A stretch of DNA of 64,000 nucleotides from Planctomycetota bacterium. Its GTDB lineage: Bacteria > Planctomycetota > UBA8108 > SXIK01. Location of the stretch: assembly GCA_965223845.1 (NCBI GenBank), contig CBDCXR010000004.1:4512001-4576000 (forward strand), written 5' to 3'. The notes beneath the pieces were generated by a model, which was not told where the DNA came from, ran no database searches, and worked only from the letters and a program-made list of their open reading frames with translations. A program made the translations under genes and the position numbers. Shown piece by piece: positions 36,201 through 43,878 of this stretch; position 1 is the stretch's first letter; each line of letters starts with the position of its first letter.

Positions 36201-38915
36201 GTCGACATCACCTACAACGGCTCTGCCACCGCTCCGATCGATGCCGGCAGCTACAGCGTCTCGGCAACGGTCAACGACACCAACTACACCGGATCGAACG
36301 CTGGTACGCTCGTCGTCAGCCAGGCCAGCGCGACAGTCGCTCTCGGCGGACTCGCTCAGACCTATGACGGAAGCCCGCGCATCGTCTCCGCCACCACCAC
36401 ACCCGCAGGGCTCACCGTCGACATCACCTACGACGGTTCGAGCACCGCTCCCACCGACGCCGGTAGCTACAGCGTCTCGGCAACGGTGAACGACACGAAC
36501 TACACCGGGTCGAACGCCGGCACGCTCGTCGTCAGTCAGGCCGCGGCGACCATATCTCTCGGCGGACTCGCGCAAACCTTCGATGGGACCCCGCGCGTCG
36601 TCTCCGCGACCACCACGCCCGCCGGGCTCACCGTCGACATCACCTACGACGGATCGAGCACCGCTCCCACCGACGCCGGTAGCTACGCCGTCTCGGCCAC
36701 CGTCAACGACACCAACTACACCGGATCCGCCGCCGATACCCTCGTCGTCGCGAAGGCCACCGCCACCGTAACGCTCTCGGGACTCACTCAGGCCTACGAC
36801 GGTTCTCCCCGCATCGTCACTGCGACGACGGCTCCCGCCGGGCTCGCGGTCGACATCACCTACGACGGCTCCGCGACGCCTCCAACCGAGGTCGGCAGCT
36901 ACGCCGTGAGCGCCGTCGTGAACGAGATCAACTACACCGGATCGGCATCGGGCACCTTGACGGTCGAAGCGGCGAGTCCCGAAGTGTCGTTCGAGACCGG
37001 AATCGCGACCGGAGTCGGAACGGACGCGTGGACGACGGTGAATCTCTCGCGCCTGTACAGCGCGATGGTTGTCGTGTGCACACCGGTCGTTCCCGGCTCG
37101 TTCGCGCCGATCGTCGCTCGCGTCCAAAATGCGGCGGGAAGCTCGTTCGACCTGCGGGCGGCGAGACTCGACGGGTCCACGACGGCCATCACCGGAATCT
37201 CCTTCCACTACTTCGTCGTCGAGGCGGGCGTCTACACAACGGCCGTTCACGGCGTGACGATGGAGGCCGTGCGATTCGATTCGGTCCGCACGGATGAGAA
37301 CAACTCCTGGCTCGGCGAGCAGCGCACCTACGCGAACAGTTACACCGCGCCCGTCGTCCTCGGGCAAGTGATGACCGCCAACGACTCGAGGTTCTCGGTG
37401 TTCTGGGCGCGCGGGGGCGGCGTGGCGAGCGCTCCTTCGAGCTCCGACTTCTGGGTCGGGAAGCACGTCGCTGAGGATCCCGTCACAACGCGCGCGAACG
37501 AGACGATCGGCTATCTCGTATTCGAAACGGGATCGGGAATGATCGGAGACGTCCCGTTCATCGCCGGAGTCGGCTCGGATTCGATCCTCGGTACGGGCAA
37601 TTCGCCACCCTACACGTATCCGATCTCCGGACTGCCGACGAATGCCGCGACGGTAACTCTGAGCAGCGCCGGAATGGATGGGAACAACGGCGGCTGGCCC
37701 GTTCTCTACGGACCTACGCCGTTCAGCGCGTCTCACATCGACCTCGCGATCGACGAAGACCTTCTCGGCGATACCGAGAGGTCGCACACGAACGAGCAAG
37801 TCGCCTACCTCGTCTGCGGTACCTCGCTCAACGTGCCGCCGACGGTGGAGCTCTTCGCCGCGAGCCCGGTGGTCATCTTCGAGGGTGAGAGTACGCTTCT
37901 CGAATGGGAGACGACGAACGCGACGAACGTCAGCATCGATCAGGGCGTCGGCGGTGTCGGCGTCGATGGGTCGATCGTGGTGACACCGACCCAGACGACT
38001 CAGTACACGCTGACCGCGACGGGCCCGGCGGGCTCGGTGGAGGCGAGTGCGACGGTGACGGTGCAACCGGCACCTCAGATCGCGTTCGAGCGGGGCGTCG
38101 TGACGGGGCTCAGCAGCTCGAGCTGGACCGTCGTCAACCTGAGCGAGTCCTACGCGTCGATGGTCGTCGTCTGCACTCCGAACTACGACAGCTCATCGCC
38201 TCCGATCGTCATCCGAGTTCGCAACGCGACGGGAAGCAGCTTCGAAGCGCAGGCCGCTCGCGTCGACGGATCGACCGCGACGCTCTCGGGAATCAGTGCT
38301 CACTACATGGTGATCGAGGAGGGTGTTTACACTGACGGCACTCATGGCGTAAAGCTCGAAGCCGTCCGGACGACGTCAGCGGTAACGGACAACGCGAGCT
38401 CGTGGGTCGGAGAAAGCCGCGGCTACGCGAACGCGTACACGAATCCGGTCGTTCTCGGACAGGTGGTGACCGCGAATGATGGCGACTTCTCGGTGTTTTG
38501 GTGCCGCGGCTCCTCGCGGCAGAACCCGCCGTCGTCATCGGAGCTGTGGGTCGGAAAGCACGTAGCCGAAGATTCCGACACGACCCGCGTCGCCGAGGAG
38601 ATCGCCTATGTCGTGGTCGAGGCCGGAGCCGATCGGATCGGCGACGTCTCCTTCGTCGCGGGACTCGGCGCGGACAGCGTCCGCTCGATGGACAACAGCC
38701 CACCGTATTCCTATTCGATCGCCGGTCTCGCCACTGCGTCCGTCGGCATTGCGACGCAAGCGGCGATGGACGGCGGGAACGGATCCTGGGCGATTCTCTA
38801 CGGGGCGAACCCGGTCCGTGCGACGCAGCTGCAGCTCGTTGTCGATGAGGATCAGCTCAAGGACTCCGAACGGAAGCACACCGCGGAGCAAGTGGGCTAC
38901 ATCATCTTCGAGTGA
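30219..38915 (+). CDS. Giant secreted protein: PQQ-type glucose/sorbosone dehydrogenase propeller + diheme cytochrome c + Fn3-associated + PA14 + 17 MBG-like repeats + two lectin-like C-terminal domains flanking an Ig
   Basis: Signal peptide; GLLGMAFHP, HNGG, GVRSPHR, GDVGQ; CLTCH and CGHCH; YYTLNGSAP; PA14 (FGFRFTG, NSDDGS, VDNDGLH); 72-aa YDG repeats. ATG at 30219 with GAGG RBS. Confidence 0.9.
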   Translation: MSGPDRRGVRSWRVLVVSVALQAAAGATLEAQPYGLDTRPAAQPYLGMPASLPTPSGDFVTELAFPNLTFQNPVFLTHAPSSNIMYVCEREGRIYSFPNDPGTSSKTLVLDVSAQTQGWDDCGLLGMAFHPEFGVSGSPNRGYFYVLYQYSDNPVPGPNRPPATTPAYNRLSRFTIPDGMFVADPASELVLIHQHDRHVWHNGGAMFFHPVDGFLYFTIGDEGGANDTYDSSQKIDDKLFGGVFRIDVDMQGGSVSHPIRRQPQSYSGRPAYTQNYYIPNDNPWQDTGGGVLEEFWALGVRSPHRMTHDAIDDLIFLGDVGQGSWEEVSVIEKAGNYQWPYKEGFHDGARSPPATLIGTEKPPIYDYPHGSTFPFNGNCVVGGYIYRGTEHPDLYGQYIFGDNTRGRIWAMDLSTNPPTVTYLCNMPAGSNYNGLSSFGVGPDNELYLCKMGHTGPGYIYKLGRTGTTGPPVPPLLSQTGAFSDVVNLTASSELIPFDVGSPLWSDSAIKTRWISVPNTGAIPATDEQIAFGATGEWSFPTGTVFVKHFELVVDEVTLARRRLETRLVVQKNDGGVYGVTYKWRPDESDADLILNGLEEDITIATASGSRVQTWSYPSSSQCLTCHNTSAEHVLGIKTRQLNRDFAYPLSGVTDNQLRAWNHIGLFDPPVNELDIPTFASLVTATDTSATLEHRVRSYIDANCGHCHRPGHVQAFFDARFDTPLAQQGLIDGVVGNDLGIDNAAVIRAKDRHRSLLYVRDNSLDPFVKMPPLAKNTIDEDWIATLDAWIDSLPGTPALDPPVVSPAGGNFDEMVDVTITAAVGSDIYYTLNGSAPDTSSTLYTGTFTLTSSATVRARAYQSGFVESVVASADFVVTNFRAPENPTGVAAGVNYEQYLGTWDFLPDFDAMTADEVGIRPNFDISPRIQNDNFGFRFTGFIDIPQTGIYTFYTNSDDGSQLFIGSQLVVDNDGLHAPAETSGQIALAAGLHAITVTFFEKGGGEVLEVRYEGPGLAKSLVPDSALYHEKIPATVNLSDLTVVYDGNPVSMTATTNPPGLTVDITYDGSPLAPTDAGVYSVVGTINDPDYQGSATATLTIDPALATIVLAGLNPTYDGTPKPISATTTPPGLVVSITYDGGAVAPTDAGGYAVVADVIDANYTGTTADTLVIDPASATIALSGLNQTYDGSPRTVTATTTPAGLAVDITYDGSTSAPTDAGSYGVSAVVTDSNYTGTANDTLVVDPASATIALSGLAQTYDGTPRVVTATTTPAGLAVSLTYDGSASAPTNSGSYAVTATITDANHTGSANGTLTVAPAAATISLSGLSQTYDGTPKSAIATTTPPGLAVSMTYDGSSTPPVGAGSYSVDATITDLNYTGSSSGTLVIGPAAATVSLSGLAQTYDGSPRVVSATTVPAGLTVDITYDGSAAAPTDAGNYAIDAVVNDANYAGSASGTLVVSQGTATVSLADLAQTYDGSPRVVSATTVPAGLTVDITYDGSTTAPVDAGSYSVAATVNDPNYSGSNSGTLVVSQAAATVTLGGLAQTFDGTPRIVPATTTPAGLAVDVTYNGSATAPTDAGSYSVAATVNDSNYTGSASDTLVVSQAAATVTLSGLSQTYDGGPRVVTATTTPAGLTVDITYNGSSTAPTDAGSYSVSATVNDTNYTGSNAGTLVVSQASATVALSGLAQTYDGSPRVVTATTTPTGLTVDITYNGSATAPTDAGSYSVSATVNDTNYTGSNAGTLVVSQAAATISLGGLAQTYDGGPRVVSATTTPAGLSVDITYDGSSTAPTDAGSYAVSATVNDTNYTGSAADTLVVAKAAATVTLSGLTQAYDGSPRIVTATTAPAGLAVDITYDGSATPPTEVGSYAVSAVVNEINYTGSANGTLEVGNGVATVTLGGLAQTFDGTPRIVSATTTPAGLAVDITYDGSAVAPTNAGSYAVLATVNDPNYVGSASDTLVVTQAGATVTLSGLSQTYDGSPRVVSATTTPAGLTVDITYNGSATAPIDAGSYSVSATVNDTNYTGSNAGTLVVSQASATVALGGLAQTYDGSPRIVSATTTPAGLTVDITYDGSSTAPTDAGSYSVSATVNDTNYTGSNAGTLVVSQAAATISLGGLAQTFDGTPRVVSATTTPAGLTVDITYDGSSTAPTDAGSYAVSATVNDTNYTGSAADTLVVAKATATVTLSGLTQAYDGSPRIVTATTAPAGLAVDITYDGSATPPTEVGSYAVSAVVNEINYTGSASGTLTVEAASPEVSFETGIATGVGTDAWTTVNLSRLYSAMVVVCTPVVPGSFAPIVARVQNAAGSSFDLRAARLDGSTTAITGISFHYFVVEAGVYTTAVHGVTMEAVRFDSVRTDENNSWLGEQRTYANSYTAPVVLGQVMTANDSRFSVFWARGGGVASAPSSSDFWVGKHVAEDPVTTRANETIGYLVFETGSGMIGDVPFIAGVGSDSILGTGNSPPYTYPISGLPTNAATVTLSSAGMDGNNGGWPVLYGPTPFSASHIDLAIDEDLLGDTERSHTNEQVAYLVCGTSLNVPPTVELFAASPVVIFEGESTLLEWETTNATNVSIDQGVGGVGVDGSIVVTPTQTTQYTLTATGPAGSVEASATVTVQPAPQIAFERGVVTGLSSSSWTVVNLSESYASMVVVCTPNYDSSSPPIVIRVRNATGSSFEAQAARVDGSTATLSGISAHYMVIEEGVYTDGTHGVKLEAVRTTSAVTDNASSWVGESRGYANAYTNPVVLGQVVTANDGDFSVFWCRGSSRQNPPSSSELWVGKHVAEDSDTTRVAEEIAYVVVEAGADRIGDVSFVAGLGADSVRSMDNSPPYSYSIAGLATASVGIATQAAMDGGNGSWAILYGANPVRATQLQLVVDEDQLKDSERKHTAEQVGYIIFE
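33295..36966 (+). repeat. Intragenic tandem array of 17 x 216-bp (72-aa) MBG-like units
   Basis: Unit consensus ATVTLSGLxQTYDGSPRVVxATTTPAGLxVDITYDGSxTAPTDAGSYxVxATVNDxNYTGSxxxTLVV, counted 17 times. Confidence 0.92.
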
Positions 38916-38919
38916 TGAC

Positions 38920-38968
38920 GAGATTCGCGTCGTCGCCGCGTTTTTCCGCGCGCGACGACGCGAATCTC
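38920..38968. terminator. Long hairpin between convergent genes (probable bidirectional terminator)
   Basis: GAGATTCGCGTCGTCGC ... GCGACGACGCGAATCTC forms a perfect 17-bp inverted repeat. Confidence 0.75.
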
Positions 38969-40808
38969 AGCGCACTTCGAGCTCGACCGGCGCAGGGTCG
39001 CCGTCCGGCGGGATCTCGATCGTCGCGCGAGCGGGTCGGAGCGCGACTCCGCTCGCGGTTACAGTGCACGCGCCCGGCCCGAAGCCCGACACGGTAAACC
39101 GTCCGGCGGCGTCCGTGATCGTCTGGGCGTAGAGCGTGCTCTGAATCCACTCCGTGCGCTGGCTCCACGAGACGACGATTCGTGCGCCCCCGACCGGCGA
39201 GTCGTTCGGGAGTTTGACCCGACCCGTGACGCGACGATCCCCGACTCCGATCGGGACCGTTGCGCTCAGCTCGCGCCCCGGTTCGAGTCGGAGGCCGCGC
39301 ACCGTGACCTTCGGCGTAGTCCGCGTCTCGAGCGTCAACTCGCCCGCGGGAACGCCCTCCGCGCGAAACCGTCCATCGGTGCCCGATGTCACCGCGGCGG
39401 AATTCGCGCGCGCTCGGGCGCTCCGAATGAAGAGGGCAAAATCGGGAATTGGTTGCGCCGCACCATCGACGAGTGTGACGTTCAGATTGCCGATCGCGAT
39501 CGGCTCGAGCGTGACGTCCACGCGATGCATCCCGAGAGACACGCTGAGATCTTCGATCGCGCGATCGGCGTACGTGTGCGCCGGGTACACCGTGAGAACG
39601 TAGTCGTCCGCGATTCGAACTTCGTCGAAGCGGAAGCTGCCGTCCGCGTTCGCGACCGCTTGGTATCGCGTTTGTCGCGATTCGCTCGCGAGGTGAAGAG
39701 ACTCGCCCGGGACGACGGTGCCGTCGGCGCCGGCGAGGATTCCCCGAAGAACACCGAGATCACTCACCTTCGTAAGCTCGAACGAGACATCGAGTCGCGA
39801 TCCCGTGGGGCGATCTCCCGGCGCGACACTTTTGTAGCGATCGCCGTAGCCCGCCTTCTTCGCGGTGATGGCGATCTGGAAACCCGGAGCGGTCGTGTAG
39901 AGGACGTCTAGTTCGTAGCGACCGGATTCGTCGGTCGTCGTGCGCTCACCCCCCGTCCCGGTGATGCCGACTCCTGGGATCGGCGAACCACTCTCGTCCG
40001 CTACGGTTCCCGAGACGATGAATCTGCTCTCCCGGTGGAGTACGAGCGCGAGATCGCTCGCGGGCGCAAGCACTTGGCGCGGCAGCGAAGCTTCGTACTC
40101 ACCCCTCGTTGCGCGGATCCGGTACTCGACCGCGTCGAGATTCGTGATGGCAAAGGCTCCGTCTGCGCCGGTGACAACGCGCTCGAGCGCACCGCTCGTC
40201 GCGAGCTCGGGCTCGTTCGGGAGCAAACCGAGCATCGACCAATTGATTTCGGCCTCGTTGACGGGACGACCCGCGCCATCGAGCACTCGTCCCGTGATCG
40301 CGCGATCGAGCGGCCGGAGGAAGAACCGAAGCGAGCGAGATTCCCCGGGCAGGAAACGCACCGGACGTCGCGTCGACCGAGAGACAGGCCCAGGAAACTC
40401 GAGCGTCACCGAGTACTCGCCGGGCGGAATCGTCCCGAAGGAAGCAACTCCGCGCCGATTCGACCGGCTCTCGAGGCTGACTTCGTTCCGCCGTAGCGTC
40501 ACTCTTCCGCCGGCGGCGGGAGAGCCGTCCTCGTGGAACACGGAAGCCGTGAGCGCGGCCGCGTCCGCAGGTCGCGTGCGCGGCGGGTCAGCGCTCTCCG
40601 TTCCGCTCGCCGCCCCCGGCTCTGAATCCCCGACGGTGCTCTCGCCGCCGCGGACGGCATCGAGATCCGAGCCCGAGGAGATTTCGCCGTCGACTCCGGA
40701 ATCCGCGCCCTCGTCCGGCCGTTCGCCGGCCGCAAAAAACACCCAGGCGACCAACGCGAGCACGACGAGCCAGACGAGAACCCGCGTGAGAGCAGAGGAC
40801 GACGTCAC
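38967..40808 (-). CDS. Membrane-anchored carboxypeptidase-regulatory-like (repeated beta-sandwich) domain protein
   Basis: N-terminal TM; repeated ITGRVLDGAGRPV / VSGTVADESGSPIPG / TDxxGRF units; GTG at 40808 just after the upstream stop. Confidence 0.8.
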   Translation of the reverse strand: MTSSSALTRVLVWLVVLALVAWVFFAAGERPDEGADSGVDGEISSGSDLDAVRGGESTVGDSEPGAASGTESADPPRTRPADAAALTASVFHEDGSPAAGGRVTLRRNEVSLESRSNRRGVASFGTIPPGEYSVTLEFPGPVSRSTRRPVRFLPGESRSLRFFLRPLDRAITGRVLDGAGRPVNEAEINWSMLGLLPNEPELATSGALERVVTGADGAFAITNLDAVEYRIRATRGEYEASLPRQVLAPASDLALVLHRESRFIVSGTVADESGSPIPGVGITGTGGERTTTDESGRYELDVLYTTAPGFQIAITAKKAGYGDRYKSVAPGDRPTGSRLDVSFELTKVSDLGVLRGILAGADGTVVPGESLHLASESRQTRYQAVANADGSFRFDEVRIADDYVLTVYPAHTYADRAIEDLSVSLGMHRVDVTLEPIAIGNLNVTLVDGAAQPIPDFALFIRSARARANSAAVTSGTDGRFRAEGVPAGELTLETRTTPKVTVRGLRLEPGRELSATVPIGVGDRRVTGRVKLPNDSPVGGARIVVSWSQRTEWIQSTLYAQTITDAAGRFTVSGFGPGACTVTASGVALRPARATIEIPPDGDPAPVELEVR

Positions 40809-40812
40809 TCGC

Positions 40813-43365
40813 TCATTCCTTCCAAATCTCGATCTCGGTGAGACCGGTCCGAGCCCGCTCTGCGTGAACGAAGACAATCCGCAGCTTCGTCGTCTTTACC
40901 GGACGAAACCGAACCGAGTTGACGACGCTTCCGGTCGGAGCCGCCGGAGAGCGGTCGAGCTCCTCGACCGGCTTCCACGCCTCGTCGCCAAACCATTCGA
41001 CGCGGTAGGAAGCGGGCGGCTGCACACCGCCGCGGTCGTCATAGATGTGAAGATCGGCGCGACTCGCCGTCCGCTCTCCACCAAAATCGATCTCGAGCCA
41101 GTCGGAATCTGATTTCGACTCGTAGCTCGTCCAGCGATTTGCCGGCGTCGGCGTGTAGACGACGCGGCCATCGTTCACCGTCGCGATCCGATCGAAACGG
41201 GAAGTGTGGGAAGCGCTCGCCTTCGGGTACGGCCGATCCCCGGGGTTGAACGCGAGATTTCCGGCCGGCGGCGGAGCGGGCGCGACGGGGAGCTCGGCGT
41301 CACCCCAGACTTCGATTTCCGTGAGTCCCGTCCGCCCGCCATCGGCGTGCCGGAAGGTGAAGCGAAGCTTTCGCACCGAGGTCGCGGGAATCCGAACGAT
41401 GTTCGCGCGGCGTCCGGTCGGTGTCGCCGGCGAGCGCTCGGCACTCGGAAGTGGCTGCCAGCGATCCTTCGCCCAGGTGTCGATGGCGACCGATCGCGGC
41501 GGCACGATCCCCTCGCCGTCATCGAGGAAGTAGAGCTTGATCGTGTGGATCGCGCGCGCGACTCCGAGGTCGATCTCGATCCGATCCGTTGCGCTCGTCG
41601 ATCCCGCCGCCGTCCATCGGTTGGGCGGATGGAGGTGATACCAGTAGTTCCCGTCGACGAGCTTGCTCGGTGATGAATGCGGCCCCGTGTGGGTGGCAAC
41701 GATCCGGGGAAAATAGTCACCGTCGTTGTTCACCGCGAAGTTGGTGGGTGTCGTTGAAAGCGCGCGCGGCGCGGCTGGCTTAGCGCGCGGCGGCAGAGTG
41801 CCCGTGAGGCGCTCGAGCGCCGGAGATCGGGCGACGACGCGACCGTCCGCGATGACCTGGAGCCCCTTCCCCCGGCTGTATCGGGTGCCGTTCCGGTCCC
41901 AGATGATGCTCACCCGGCGTCCGTGGTAAACGACGTCGTCGAGCGCAAAGAACTCCCACGTGTCGGGCGCGAGGGGATCGACTTCGATGGTGTCGTCCGG
42001 TCGCGGAACGATCCCGACCAGACCGGTGATCACGAGATCGCAAAAACCCGAGTGGAGATAGTGCTCGCTGTGATTGTAGCCGTCGTGTCCTTCGAACGAT
42101 CCCGTGTCCGGGTGGAGCGCCTCGGCGAGATAGGGCCGCCCGTCCTTCCGGTGACTCCGCGAGTAGGTGCGGAGGAGCTCGGCGTAGTCCCCGCGCGTCA
42201 CGACGCGCTGGTCGTAGTTTTGAAGGAGATTCGCCATCGCCTTCAAAGTCTGCGTCGTCGCATAGGGCCAGGACTGTCCGCTCCACCAGCAGCACGTCTT
42301 CTTGAGCACGAACTGCGGATCGTTCCTCTCCACTGTCGTCGGCCCAAAAGGGGCGTGGAAGAACTCGGGATCCATCAAGAAACGCCACGAGGCCTCGTAC
42401 CCCTGGCCGGCGTCGGGTAGTCCGAATTGCCACGGGACGTAACCGATGAGCTCGCGACCGTGCGGGCTTCCGGCGTACTTTCCCGACGCGTAGGTCAGAG
42501 TTCGCGCTTTGACGACGACTCCGTCCCGCTCCTCCTCGTCCCGCGACATCGGGAAGAAGAACTCCCGCTTCTCGTCCCAGAGGAGCGTTTGCAGGCGCTC
42601 CTTCAACCCAGTCGCCGTATCGCGGAACTTCCGGGCCAGAGCGGAATCGCCGGCGAGGTCGGCAATCTTCGCGATCGCGACCGCGTCAGCCCACATGTAG
42701 GCGTTGATCGTCGGACGAAACGCCGGGGCGCCCCGGACGATGTCCTTCGTCTGGCGGCTGTTGATGTTGAATTCCATGCCGTCGTCGTGTCCGGTTTGCC
42801 AGAAGAGACCGACGCTCGGCACGAAGTGCTTCGCTTCCCATGCTTCGTAGTTTCGAACGAGATCCGCGAGGAGGTCCCGAGCAAACTCCGGCGCGTCGTA
42901 GACGCAGTGGATCGCCCAGACCGAGTCGGCGAGCCAGTTGCTGTAGCGGTGAGGCTGAGCCCCGGGCGTGCGCAGCCAGTACCGCGAATAGTCGAATGCG
43001 ATCCGCGGGCGCCGGAGCCAGCGCGCTTCGTAGAGCTGGTGCCCGGCCGGGCAGCTGATCGCGCCGTAGGCGCCGGACCAGAACGGCCGATCGATGAACT
43101 CCGTGAACGAGTAACCGCTGTTCGGGGAGCCGTAGGTGAGGTGCTTCGTGAGCAGCTCCCAGCGGTAGTAGTAAGTCGTCGTCAATTCGGGATCGGGGCA
43201 CTCGAAGAACGGGATGTGCTCGAAGTACCAGTCCCAGTCCCGGTTGTCCCAAAACTCTTGAGCTTCGACTTGCTGGTATTTGTCGAGAACTTGTCCGGAC
43301 GTTCGAGGCGCGACGGCGATCGCGGCGAGTAGTGCGATCGAGAGGATTCCGCGGCGGTGATTCAT
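40813..43365 (-). CDS. Secreted MGH1/GH63-like glycoside hydrolase with two discoidin (F5/8, CBM32-like) domains
   Basis: Signal peptide; TYYYRW, GHQLYEARW, DDGME, CWWSGQSWPYAT, HYLHSGF; C-terminal W..IDLG/IDFG...GLTEIEVW modules. Confidence 0.85.
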   Translation of the reverse strand: MNHRRGILSIALLAAIAVAPRTSGQVLDKYQQVEAQEFWDNRDWDWYFEHIPFFECPDPELTTTYYYRWELLTKHLTYGSPNSGYSFTEFIDRPFWSGAYGAISCPAGHQLYEARWLRRPRIAFDYSRYWLRTPGAQPHRYSNWLADSVWAIHCVYDAPEFARDLLADLVRNYEAWEAKHFVPSVGLFWQTGHDDGMEFNINSRQTKDIVRGAPAFRPTINAYMWADAVAIAKIADLAGDSALARKFRDTATGLKERLQTLLWDEKREFFFPMSRDEEERDGVVVKARTLTYASGKYAGSPHGRELIGYVPWQFGLPDAGQGYEASWRFLMDPEFFHAPFGPTTVERNDPQFVLKKTCCWWSGQSWPYATTQTLKAMANLLQNYDQRVVTRGDYAELLRTYSRSHRKDGRPYLAEALHPDTGSFEGHDGYNHSEHYLHSGFCDLVITGLVGIVPRPDDTIEVDPLAPDTWEFFALDDVVYHGRRVSIIWDRNGTRYSRGKGLQVIADGRVVARSPALERLTGTLPPRAKPAAPRALSTTPTNFAVNNDGDYFPRIVATHTGPHSSPSKLVDGNYWYHLHPPNRWTAAGSTSATDRIEIDLGVARAIHTIKLYFLDDGEGIVPPRSVAIDTWAKDRWQPLPSAERSPATPTGRRANIVRIPATSVRKLRFTFRHADGGRTGLTEIEVWGDAELPVAPAPPPAGNLAFNPGDRPYPKASASHTSRFDRIATVNDGRVVYTPTPANRWTSYESKSDSDWLEIDFGGERTASRADLHIYDDRGGVQPPASYRVEWFGDEAWKPVEELDRSPAAPTGSVVNSVRFRPVKTTKLRIVFVHAERARTGLTEIEIWKE

Positions 43366-43878
43366 GAGTTCCCTCGCAGTCGCTCTCTAGTCTCTTCGAT
43401 CAGGCGAGCCCGCAAACGGTAGCACGCATCGGTGCGTGGTCTCGTCGTCTCGCGCATCTTGCGCGCCGGTGCTCGCTCACGCAAGGACAGGATCACAGCC
43501 ACGCGATTTCGCTCAGGTGAAACGCGTGTGAGGAGCGGGTGTGCGCATTCACCACTGCTTCGATTCTCAGTCACCGTCGTCGCAACATGCGCTCGATTCG
43601 GCGCGGATCTCTACGATCTTTTCGTTCCGCATCCATTTCAGATTTACGACGTGCGGTTACCGTGCGTTCCCACTTGGTGAGCTCCGGAGCCAACCGAGAA
43701 TTTGTTCGTATCGGTGAAACCGGATGGTGCGCGTCGCCGGCAGCACGCGAATCATCATCCGACGGAGTCGCCGCTCACGGCTCGGCCTAGGTCGAGTCCG
43801 TACGACGCACTTCACGACATCGATGCGAGCTTCTCGCGATTGCGTTTGAGGAAAGACCAACGAGGAGTTCACGAAACG

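Noticed and set aside
33295-36966. Repeat array as CRISPR or DGR template/variable repeats
   Set aside because: Units are in-frame 216-bp coding domains with no spacers; there is no cas or reverse transcriptase gene and no evident adenine-specific variation.
43366-43878. Pho box or ncRNA in the 500-bp divergent spacer before phoX
   Set aside because: I could not see a convincing 11-bp-period direct repeat or a recognisable RNA family by eye.
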